NCBI GenBank assembly: GCA_965202585.1
Contig: OZ241832.1
Coordinates: 6,076,001 to 6,140,000, forward strand
Length of the DNA stretch: 64,000 nucleotides
Source: Thalia democratica
Taxonomy: Eukaryota
Direction of reading: 5' to 3'
Shown: positions 13,000 through 22,842 of the stretch, piece by piece
How the letters are laid out: each line of letters opens with the position of its first letter
Position numbering within the stretch: the first letter of the stretch is position 1
Notes under the pieces: generated by a model
Databases searched by the model: none
What the model saw: the letters and a program-made list of their open reading frames with translations, nothing else
Told to the model about the DNA's origin: nothing
Translations under genes and position numbers: made by a program

Positions 13000-15570
13000 A
13001 TCTATATGATTGAACTGTGTTCTAAATACATTCAAACAATAGCCGCTTAACTTGCTTGTGTAAATTAACTTTACTTGGTAATCTTTTCAAAACAGTATAA
13101 AATTTAATTACTCAAAAATAAGTATGCACTTGAGATTTTGATTTAGATATTCTTGTCAAAAATTGTATTTAAATTGTCACACACTGTTTATAGCTTTATT
13201 TAAATTCAATTTTATACTGTTCCTACTACAAGATATCATACTATTGTATTTTTCATAATAACTTGACTATTTAAAAAACAATTATCTCTTTACCTATTAA
13301 AAACATATGCTTTTTATGCACTGTTACTAGAACTACTCACTAGTGTATTTTATTAACTTTATATTTTTACTAATAGACTTGAAATTAGACTGTCTAGTGC
13401 ATTAATCATTGAACTCTGACAGCTTATTAAGTTTACATATAAACTAAAGGTGTTTACTATTTTGAATTCATCAATACATTGTTACAAACTAAAACAATCA
13501 AACCATACTACTCTATGTGACTGATTTTCCTGTTATTCATTTCAAAATTTGTTTCAAAACTACCTGCATCTTAAATACTCTGCAGGTAATTTAAAACTTT
13601 TATACTATTCCCAAAATTTAGTCTTAACACAAGTACATTGAGTTTTTAACCATATTTAATGTTGTTTCATTAGCATTAAACCTTTTAATCTTCTAACAAA
13701 TGATCTACCTTTGACACATACATAGAAAACAGTACAGCAAGTTTTTGATAAAAGCTTGTTAGTGCACTTATATGAACAAAAGAAATTGTTGATAGATAAA
13801 AGACTAGAAAGAAGTTAGTGATAGAAGAACAGAAAAATTTTAAACAAAAGTAAACTTCATACACATATGCACTAACAACCTTTAAATTTTGCTTGCTGTG
13901 AACTGCTTTGTAAGTATATATGAATGCAAACTTAAAATTTGGAACATTTTTCCATTTCCTTTTACTAAAAAACCTATTCCTGATATGGTTTAATTGGTTT
14001 CTTTTGTAAACAATTCAATAAAACAGTTAGCTTTTGAAACTTATAGAGAAGTACTACAATTTTGTTTTAAAATCGCTATTGCTACTTATCTTACATGCAC
14101 ATTTTAAAATGTACTTCTTATTGCAATTGATTAATCTAAAAATTTGTAAACTACATTAATACAATCTGAGTTTAAATTCTATGCTGTAAATAAACTTCTA
14201 CACTTAGCTTGCTGTCTATATGGGCTTCATTCATGAATAAAATACATATGTATACAATCTTATAAAATTAAACACAAGTGTTGCTACTTATTAATGATCT
14301 TATTCACATTTGAGTCTAATTTAAGTTTACTGTTAAGGTAGCCTATTAATTTTAGGAGAATGAAGCCCAAGTACAATGATATGTTTATGATATTTAACAT
14401 TTGGTCGTTATAAACCAAGGTTACCAATCTTTGAATAGAAAATGCTTGTCTGAATTATTTGTGTAAAATTTACAAAAAAAAAGTGATAAAATATAAAAGC
14501 TTAACAAGTTTAAAGTTATTCAGGCCTGAGTACTCAAAGATTTACAATGCTAACAAAGGGTCTCAATTAACAAACAAAAATTTAATGACAACAAAGGGTT
14601 TAAAGTTTACTTATTTTCACTACTGATACCTAACTAGTCTGATTGGTAACCCTGGCGAAAACAATTTGTTAATTCTAGAAGTATTTTATCTAATACATCA
14701 AACTAACCTCAACAACTGCTACTGTAGTAGGTACTCCCCATCCAATTGGAACCATGTTCAAAATCCATTTATAAAACTTAACATGAAGGAAAAAATCAAA
14801 GTTACAACTTATAAAGATACAACCTTTGAAACAAACTGAGAAGTTTTAAAATTTTGAAAAGGCTTAGAGAACTTTTTTTTGCTCAGCTTACTTTACAATG
14901 ATGTTTCAATCTTAACTTTTGGCAAAAATTATACAGATTGCAAGAGATGCTAGTTTTTAAAGCCTCTTGGTTTCATTCTAGCATCATGTAAGTGCATTCA
15001 GACTAATTGACTCTCTGAGCATGTCATGCTAGTTTGTAGTAAAAATTTTAGACTAAAGATTGATTTTGTGACTAAGATTGTTTCATTCATATGCTTAATG
15101 AAAATTAAGAATATAAAATTAAGAGCTTTGTCAAAGGTTTTGCAAAAGATAAATAAAGTTTAATATCAACAAATACTTCAAAGACTGTTGATTCTTAACT
15201 AGATCAACACACTTCTTAAACTTAATCAGAAAGTATAAAGAAATTAATGTTTTAGAAGATAAAATGTAAAACCATCAATTATAAGATTTGTATTAAACAA
15301 TATTGACAGTTAATAGATGAAGTACTTTGTTTAGTGTGCTCAAACTGCACATTGAAAGAAAGAAAGAAAAATTAAGTCCAGAGCCTAGAGCTCCTTCTTC
15401 TACAACTACTTTTAGCAAATGAGTTTGCCCAGGCAAAAATTTTTTTTACAAAATGCTATCTTGTTGTGATGTCACATTAAAATGTAAGATTTTCCAGAAT
15501 TCTTAAAAAACTACAAATCGAAACACTATCTGAGCATAGCAGAGCGATTTTTGACTTTTTCGAACACAAA
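13000..15570 (+). pseudogene. Possible heavily decayed long ORF of unknown family (copies ~35,420-38,040 and ~59,170-61,790)
   Basis: Protein-like stretches between stops, e.g. LVSFVNNSIKQLAFETYREVLQFCFKIAIATYL (~13,993-14,090) and NVRFSRILKKLQIETLSEHSRAIFDFFEH (~15,480-15,567). No recognisable motif; this could be chance. Confidence 0.25.
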
Positions 15571-17492
15571 GTATAATTTATTTGACGTAGTGCTAAACAT
15601 TACTTTTTTTTATCATTTGTAAAAGCTAAAATTACTTGTTTACATTGTTTAAACCTTATTTTAGTTTGACGATTCTTTTATTTATTCTTTTTATAGTTTT
15701 TTTTTTCTTAAGTTTTTGTTTTTTTACTGTATAAGTGATGCTTGGTTAAACATATTAGTTAAAATTGAAGTTAAAAAAATCATAATGCTCATGTAAACTA
15801 CAATCGACAACATTTAAATAGTATATAAAACAAGTATTAAACTCTAAATTACACAAAACTGCTTTTAATTTATTTTAAAATTGTTTATCACTTAATAATT
15901 TGTTAAAGATGAATTATGTGTATTTTAGAAACCTTAATACATCAGTTTAAAGCACTACATTTAAAGCTTTGGAAACTCATTTTAGTTATAATTTAGTTTA
16001 AAACGTTTTGCCATGTTTGCCAAAACTACAGAGTTTTTGTAGTCATTGATATACATCAACTTGTTCAACTTTAAATTTGAAGCAAATAGATAAAAAACCA
16101 TATTGTGTATAGAGATAGTATAAGCCTAACATAGACACTGTAATAATAACATTTATGAATGACTGAAAAAAAACTTGGCTTTTTTTGATTATAGCAAAAA
16201 AATCCATATGTCACAGCATAAAAAAAAACAGTTTAATAATCTTTGATTCACTGTTTTGAACCTTACATGTTAAATAAAAGCTGATCATGCCACTTCAATG
16301 TTTAATGTTTTTTTTACTATGAAATATAAAGAAATCCTTACTTAAATAATACCTTCATTGTATTAAGATGTTTTAATTATTTTCAAATAAACAAGCAATA
16401 GGTAAGATGTCAAGTGTATTCACTGACTTGATTTCTTTTTTGTCTTAAGTACTAATTTATTACACTAGCATTAAATGTAATACTGTTTTTTTTTAATTTA
16501 CTAAATAAATAATGACACATAAATCATTGATAAGTTCCTGAAACAACTTAAACTAATGATCTCAACATACAAGTTTGTTTTTTTACATTTGAAAACAGTA
16601 TAGTCTTAAGTTAAAAATATATTGTTACAATGAAAATATGATCAACTGTTGTTATAATTGAACAATGAGTTTCAAGCAGTTTTAAGCCACAAGGAAGATG
16701 GTAGCAAAACTGATCAGTTTAAATTTTCCTCAAGTAAGTTAAATGTTTTATTTAACTAATACATTAATAATTACTAAACAAGTATTTTCAATAGACTGCT
16801 GTAAAATATTCTCATGTAGCTAGAACAAGTTATATCTTAAAAGATTCTCTACAAGTATTATTATTCTATATAAAGTAAACTATTTTAAAGTTTTGCAGTT
16901 ATTGTTGTAATATAAAAAATAAAAATTTAAATAAGAAACATATAGTTTTTTAAATATATTTTAAATTTTTTCATTAATGATATAGGATTAGTCTCTCATT
17001 TTTGTTAACACTAGTTAGGAAAAATGTTTTTTTGTTTAAAAATAGATCTGCTTTTAATTAGTTTAAAAGGTAATTCAAATTTTTTAAGTTAGTTTTAAGC
17101 TAGAGCAGGTAGAATAACAAGTGATGATCTCAAAACTCACTTGCTTGATCTTTGGAAAACGTTTATCGTTGCAGAGGGGGGAGTGAGATTTTATGTTTTC
17201 TACCATAGAAAAATAAAATAAAACCTGTTTGAACACAGTTTGGAGTATTTTTAATTTCCATATATCTATTTCTTGTTAATAAAGCAGACTATCAAGTAGT
17301 TGTGATCGAGTCTTTATTGTTCTATTTCAAACTGTTCTAAAAAAGTCATTGCATGTACTGCAAGCGGTGCGATATCAAATTGAATGTTTTATGGATGTGG
17401 GAATCAAAAACGTTGGGAGCCACTGCTTTAAAGTGTGTTTACAATAACTAATTTGATAATGAAAGTAATTTTGATAAAAACTGTGGAAACAG

Positions 17493-17611
17493 GTCAAAAT
17501 TGCACGATGAAAATGTTACACCATGGGTCAATTTTGCACGAGTTACAATTTTGCACGGAGGCTCATTTTTGCACGAGAGTAAAAAAAAATGTCCCCTCGT
17601 GCAAATTTGAC
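17493..17611. mobile_element. Short MITE/HINE-like element with TTTTGCACG internal repeats
   Basis: Inverted ends gtcaaaattgcacg (17,493-17,506) and cgtgcaaatttgac (17,598-17,611) differ by 1 mismatch. Three further ttttgcacg direct repeats lie inside. The superfamily cannot be determined here. Confidence 0.6.
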
Positions 17612-17864
17612 AGCTACTTATAAATTGTATCAGTATTTGCGTTTGTCAAGTTACTTGTAGATTTATTTCTGAATCTATGGGAAAAGGCTGAACATTAAAC
17701 AAAATAGAGTTTTTAAAATTTAATGTACAACAACTGATGAGTTTTAAGTTTTACTTTACTTAAAATTTTCAAGTATGTGTAAACTCATTTAGGTTATTAA
17801 TAAACTGTAAGTTTTGACTTGTTAAAAGAAAAATATCTAAAGTTAAAGATTATTCTAGTATATT

Positions 17865-18282
17865 AAGTTTGATAAAGGGTTGATCATGCCAATTAGATCA
17901 TCATACCACAAGCTTCGGTAGACTGAGACCGGTTTCGTCATCAGTCAGTCACAACCGAAAAATCTTGCTGCCGTCAATCTACAAACGGTTTATCATGCTT
18001 TCACATGAAGCAACCATTTGCTGGCAATGATCAGTGACGTCAGCATTGTCTTTTGCCGTGTAACGTTTAAGACATTGTTCACTAGGCAATACATCTGGTA
18101 CGCTCATATTAAGTAAAATCAACAAAAACATCGGCGAAAGTCTGCAGGGTTTACTCAGTTTACTGAAAGCTTGTGGTCTGATGTTCTAATTGGTATGATC
18201 AACCCTTTGTTAAACTTTAACTTGTCTCACGGCAAACAAAATTACAGTTTAAGCTCTGCAGACTTTCGCCGTTGTTTTTGTT
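17865..18282 (-). mobile_element. Hammerhead-bearing structured element (retrozyme- or Penelope-like non-autonomous relic)
   Basis: A GC-richer island containing the hammerhead plus inverted repeats A (17,865-17,915 vs 18,167-18,217; 51 bp, 5 mismatches) and B (18,121-18,147 vs 18,256-18,282; 27 bp, 1 mismatch). No RT ORF is visible. The family assignment is inferred from the ribozyme type. Confidence 0.55.
17914..17959 (-). ncRNA. Minimal type I hammerhead ribozyme (helix II absent, palindromic helix III)
   Basis: The minus strand reads uucggu-ugu-GACUGA-CUGAUGA-C-GAAA-CCG-GUC^UCAGUC-u-accgaa. The full CUGAUGA/GAAA core is present with a GUC cleavage triplet. Helix I is 6 bp (17,950-17,945 with 17,926-17,921) plus a 6-bp extension after an internal loop, and ACCGGU forms a palindromic helix III. 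This architecture is established for Penelope-like-element and metazoan retrozyme hammerheads. Confidence 0.85.
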
Positions 18283-19096
18283 TTAGTATACTATGACATA
18301 ACTTACTAGTTTTTTTTTCAAAGTTTGCTTAAAATATAATTTATTTTTAATTAAGTTAAAATACTAAATAGTGCTATAAACGTTATCTCGATGATTAAAC
18401 AGAAAAAACAATTCAACTCAAACTCATAGTTAGTAACAAATAATGTATTATTACCATTCTATTTTGTACTAAAATAATTCACACTTTCCATATAGTTTTT
18501 CAAGTTTTTATTTATTTGAAACACAATGCAAAACACATTAAGATCATACTTTCAATAACGAAAGTATCAATTATTTCATAATCTAACAAAAGTGTACTGA
18601 CTATAGAAAATTTGTTAATAGCTCATAAAAAATGCTATTTGGCTAAAACTAATTTAATGTAAAAACTCTTATGCATGCAAGTTATGGAAAAAATCAAAAA
18701 CCTTTTTCAAACTTTTGATAGTAAAACACTAGTTGATTAGATTAACAAAAGTTCCACAACATTAATTATTTTTTAAATGTTTAAAAAACACATTGTTAGT
18801 TTTAACTGAAATTTTTTCTAAAACAAACCTTAAAACGATGATAAAAACCTAAGAATTTTTAAGCATTTTATCAAATATTATTAAAAAACGTTAAAAACTC
18901 AAAACTAAATCTAGCTTTTAGTAAAAACATTTTGATTTCTATCCTAGTTTTATTAGAAAGACTTAAATAAAATAAACAAAAAAAAAATTAAAACAGCTAT
19001 AAAAACACCTGTTAATTTTTAACTACCCAAAGTTTATCAAATTAAACCATTCACTTTTTCATGACGTCACATCAGTTTCCTATCAACACGTCATCA

Positions 19097-19127
19097 CTAA
19101 CCACTATATCCGGTTGAACTTGAATAC
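19097..19127 (-). CDS. Terminal coding exon of the same gene (...RYSSSTGYSG*)
   Basis: Acceptor tatttattttcag|g. The phase matches the upstream exon (ag+g = Arg) and the frame ends at TAG (19,099-19,097). Confidence 0.6.
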
Positions 19128-19390
19128 CTGAAAATAAATAATATAAACTTGTAAAACAAATTTTTTTAAATAATATAAAGTTTCCTATATGCAAAAATAT
19201 TCATTTGTATAACCACTGGGTTTTTCGTTTATCTAAAGTTTCCTAAAGAAAAAATACAAATTTGTAAAACAATTGTTTTTTCTTATGAGAAGTTTTCTAT
19301 ACGTAAAATAGTTTATATAAAAAATTTTAATGTATTTTTGTTTAATTCATTTAGGAAACAGTAGATTCGAATTTTATATGTACAGCTTAC

Positions 19391-19490
19391 CTTATTGTGA
19401 AACTATTGAGTTTTTGTTCATACAACTTTTTAATTTGTTGCTTGCCTGATTGTATTTCATCCAACAGTCTTCTGCAAGCAACACCAGCAG
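19391..19490 (-). CDS. Internal coding exon (100 nt) of an unidentified spliced gene
   Basis: Minus strand: gatattcgtttcag|ct gct ggt gtt ... aca ata ag|gtaagc. Canonical acceptor and donor. The stop-free frame reads AGVACRRLLDEIQSGKQQIKKLYEQKLNSFTI and the sequence is GC-richer than its flanks. Confidence 0.65.
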
Positions 19491-19499
19491 CTGAAACGA

Positions 19500-20020
19500 A
19501 TATCAATGAGGCTCCTCCCACAGATAACCAATTTGTTTCATCTTTCAATATAAATATCTGTAAAAATATAATAAATAATATGTAATAATATCAATGATGC
19601 TCATAACATTTCATCACAATTTGTTTCACAACAATCAAACACATAACCAAATTGTTTTATCTTTCAAAATAAATATCTGTTTAAAATATAATAAATAATG
19701 TATAATAATATAAGTGAGGCATCTTTAACAGACAACCAAATGTTCTCATCATTTAATATGAAAATCTTTAGGAAAAAAACATTTATTTAAATTTTAAAGT
19801 GAAAACCAATTTGTTTCGATGTTTAAGATGATAATATGTTAAAGTAACAACAAGTAATATAAAATGTTTTAAAATTAATGCACTCCCAACTAATAACCAA
19901 TTCGTTTTACCATTCAAGATAAATATCTGCAATAAATAATTGAATACGTATACATGCACCTAAGTATACATTTTGTAATTCATAATCCATTTGTTTCGTC
20001 TTTAAAGATATAAATCTGTT
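19500..20020. repeat. Degenerate ~70-120-bp minisatellite (core ataaccaatttgtttcatctttcaa..aaatatctg, ~6 copies); duplicate at ~43,234-43,754
   Basis: Cores near 19,524, 19,644, 19,734, 19,805, 19,892 and 19,982. It lies in the intron upstream of exon 19,391-19,490 and explains the ORF-track entry 19397..19585. Confidence 0.7.
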
Positions 20021-20726
20021 AAGTTAGTATACAATTAGGTTATAGATATAACTGAATCCTTTTCAATAGGGACCTTATGCCAATGGACTTACTTACATTC
20101 ATTGAAAATAAGGTTTTAAATTAATTCGAGTTTCTGAAAAAATTTGTATATGTAAATTTATAACTACTATGAATTTAGTGAGAATATTTGATTGAAATAT
20201 AGTCAGTTGTTATTACAAGCAAAAAATGTTTAATTTAGTATTTTTATATGATCAACGAACAGAAGCTTACTTATTCATGGTGTCAACCCAAACAGTGCAA
20301 CTAGTTGGTTCTGGCCGGTATACTTACAATTCCCACCCTTATATTTTTTGATATTATTTTTTACTATCACTGTTACCCTCGGTTGGTAAGTGGTTCTCAG
20401 ATTTGATCGGGTGGGAACTAAGCGGTTGCCGTTCTGGCCATAGCTTGCCAAGATCTGTATTTAACTAGATTAACATTTTTTTGTTAGAATCGATTCCAGT
20501 TTTGGTTAGATTTTGGTTCGAAAAAATAATCTTCTCTGGTCCTGGTTGGACTTGGTTTAGATTAAAGACCCAGATCCAGCCAAGAATATAAGTAAATTGA
20601 AACTGAACTAACATTTGGATCCAGTAGAACGAAAATTTATTTTAGGTGCCGGATTCAGATTGTTAAAATTCTTTTAAAAAATATGTTTGTTTTCTTAATT
20701 ATAGTTTAAAAATAATACTTATTCAG

Positions 20727-21341
20727 ATTTGGAAACTATCAACAACAAAAGCTCGAAATACAATCTCCAACTACTAGAACAAACTTCTGACGAATTTAAG
20801 TTTATCAAAGATTTTTTCCACGCTACCTCAACAAAAAATTGGCTTTACAATGCCTCTTTCAAAATTTTTAAAATATATAAAGTGATCTAACAAAACACAA
20901 ATAAAACGGAGGAAAGCAGCAACCTGATGCTGTTTCACGGTACAGTTGAGAAAACGTAGCTAGTATTTTGCAAAAAGGTTTTGTAAACTCTGATAACGGT
21001 CAACTTGGGAGAGGAGTCTACATGACAGTGAGTTCTGACGTTGCTTCTTTTTACACGATCCGTAGCAATTATGTAGCTGATAAACCGTACTTCGTGTTTG
21101 TCAATGAAGTTCGCCACTCGCAAAAGCTACAAGCTGTTCACGAGACAAAATTTTCTTTTGATGATGATAAAATGCAGTATGTTCCTTTCATCCGATATCG
21201 GGATGAATCAAGTCAGAAAACAACTGAAGACGACTTCAAAAAGGATAAGTAGGGTATAGAAACATTGGAGTTAATGTAAAGAATTTACATAACCACTTTG
21301 TTGCAGACTCTAAAGGTGTTATGGTATTTGATAAGTTTTAA
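20727..21341 (+). pseudogene. PARP-family (ADP-ribosyltransferase) catalytic domain, disabled
   Basis: Piecewise translation: DLETINNKSSKYNLQLLEQTSDEFKFIKDFFHATS...KIFKIYKVI*QNTNKTEESSNLMLFHGTVEK/NVASILQKGFVNSDNGQLGRGVYMTVSSDVASFY...YFVFVNEV...KKDK*/YRNIGVNVKNLHNHFVADSKGVMVFDKF*. The LFHGT and GxGVY motifs are PARP hallmarks. Lesions: TAA at 20,888, a frameshift at ~20,953, and TAG at 21,250 followed by a frameshift. A candidate acceptor (ttattcag) lies at 20,719-20,726. Confidence 0.85.
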
Positions 21342-22372
21342 AGGCGATGAAGAATCAAAACAATTAAAAATTAAATTAAATTCAAAAGTTCTCCAAGTTT
21401 TAACTCTGTTTTAAAGTATGAGTTTGTTTAAGATGTAATAAAGCATCGTTTAGTTTTTCTAATATTGACATCCAGTATTTTTAAACTTAGTATTACTTAT
21501 GTCAGCAACATAGTAGTATTATATTCAATTAAAAATGCTTCAAAATTTCGTAATTTTTGCATTTTCTAAGTTGTTATAAATTTAATGTAAGGTGTTTAAA
21601 ATTTCATTATAAGTCAAAATAACTTCTATATGGTATTTGGATTTGTTAAACTGTTACTAGTTAAAAAAAAATTATATTTAAATTAAACTTCAGCTTTTTG
21701 TTTTCGCTACTGAAGTTTTAGCCTGATAAACTAAGTAAATTTTTAACTTTTTATAAACATAATCGTATGTTTGCCATTTAGAATATAATGATAAAATTAA
21801 CAATTTAATGTAATAATATCTTACTTGATACTTTAGCTAACAGCTATTATTTACACTAAAAATTACTGAAATCTCGTTTAGAAAACTTATTATAAAAACT
21901 TGTTGATTTGTGTAGTACTTGTCTTTTAAACAATACTTAGCTCTAGTATTAACCTTTAACTGTAATAAGTATGTTGAATATTTATACAGACATTAAGGTT
22001 TAGCTTAAATTTACAGATTATATCAAGACATATCAAGACTCTAATGAAACTATTAAAAGTAAAAATCTTTATTGGACTGTTAGTTAACTAATAACATTAA
22101 TATACTTTATAAAAATGCAGTTTTCATCTGTAAACCAGACCAGCTGTAGTCATTAAAATTTATGCAAATTTGTATGCAATAAAATCGAATGATAATAACA
22201 AGTATATTTTTTTGGTTTTTTTCTTTTTTTTTTCTTAACTTACAAATACTTGAAACTAAACATATCCATCGTTTCTGGGCAGAATACTCAACCAAGCATA
22301 ACACCAAAAATAACGGTGTATCAGGAAATAATCTGACAAACGAGTTTTCAGTAGCATACTCAAACTAGTATT

Positions 22373-22842
22373 ATGAAAACTGATATAAAAAGTTGTTTAG
22401 CAACACATTTAATCATCAAATATTTTCAATCTATCAAACTCATCAAAGTTTCCATTTGAGCGCTGTTTTTCGATAATTAAAGATTCCTTAATTTTTTAGA
22501 GCTAAATTTTGTCTCTGTTAGTAAAATGCTTTCAAGTAGTGATTTAAACATTGATTCAGATCTGCAAGTATTTAATGCAGCAGATAGCTGGTTGTGTCAT
22601 GACATAACTGAACGTAGGAAGTATGCAAAAGAACTTTTATGTCTAAAGTTCGACTTCCGCTTCTATCAGTTCCTGCATTAAAACAAATTTAAGACAGAGT
22701 ATCAACAAATTATCATAAATGTGGTGACATTATTGAAGCTGTTTTAGTTAAAAAACAACAATTAGACACAATCACTTGCGATATCACAACCAGGTACTGC
22801 AACCAAAGTAATTTCAACATATTAGCTTGTAGAGGTGAAAAC
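22373..22842 (+). pseudogene. BTB-BACK-Kelch (kelch-like) gene fragment: BACK domain to start of Kelch 1
   Basis: Piecewise translation: MKTDIKSCLATHLIIKYFQSIKLIKVSI/ERCFSIIKDSLIFLELNFVSVSKMLSSSDLNIDSDLQVFNAADSWLCHDITERRKYAKELL/SKVRLPLLSVPALKQI*DRVSTNYHKCGDIIEAVL...TTRYCNQSNFNILACRGEN. FLEL..LSSxxLxIxSxxxVFxAxxxW and VRLPLL are typical BACK motifs. It carries two frameshifts and one stop and is truncated at the first Kelch repeat. Confidence 0.85.

Larger units (their letters stand above)
3608..17829. repeat. Older, diverged and partly deleted copy of the same unit
   Basis: ttacagccgaatgactacgactctg (~3,610) matches ttacaaccgaatgactacgactctg (~23,059). ORFs 4053, 7693 and 11708 are paralogues of 23528, 27099 and 34148. 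12,060-17,800 matches 34,480-41,540 with frequent SNPs and a ~1.3-kb deletion. Internal gaps are visible (9,970-11,620 replaces ~29,900-34,040). Confidence 0.9.

Noticed and set aside
17435-17623. 62-aa ORF MFTITNL...
   Set aside because: It overlaps the TTTTGCACG repeat element; the peptide periodicity is a by-product of the DNA repeats.
17733-17760. Additional CTGATGA occurrences on the plus strand (17,734; 23,157)
   Set aside because: Neither has a downstream GAAA core with helices, so they are not hammerheads.
19062-19069. TGACGTCA CRE-like sites (also 18,035-18,042)
   Set aside because: An isolated 8-mer with no promoter context; insufficient evidence of function.
20090-20290. Other candidate minus-strand donors (gtaagt/gtaagc at ~20,095 and ~20,270)
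   Set aside because: The implied exons have stop codons in the required phase.
20280-20670. GC-richer island with a 9-bp inverted repeat (ttcccaccc/gggtgggaa) and gatcc-type repeats
   Set aside because: Likely an old repeat relic, but no ends, TSD or reading frame could be supported.
20935-21123. Minus-strand 62-aa ORF
   Set aside because: Antisense shadow of the PARP relic.
22239-22366. Possible upstream minus-strand exon (…EYSAQKRWICLVSSI|gtaagt) in phase with exon 19,490
   Set aside because: The phase fits, but it lies antisense to and abutting the BTB-BACK relic and the acceptor is weak, so it is probably coincidental.
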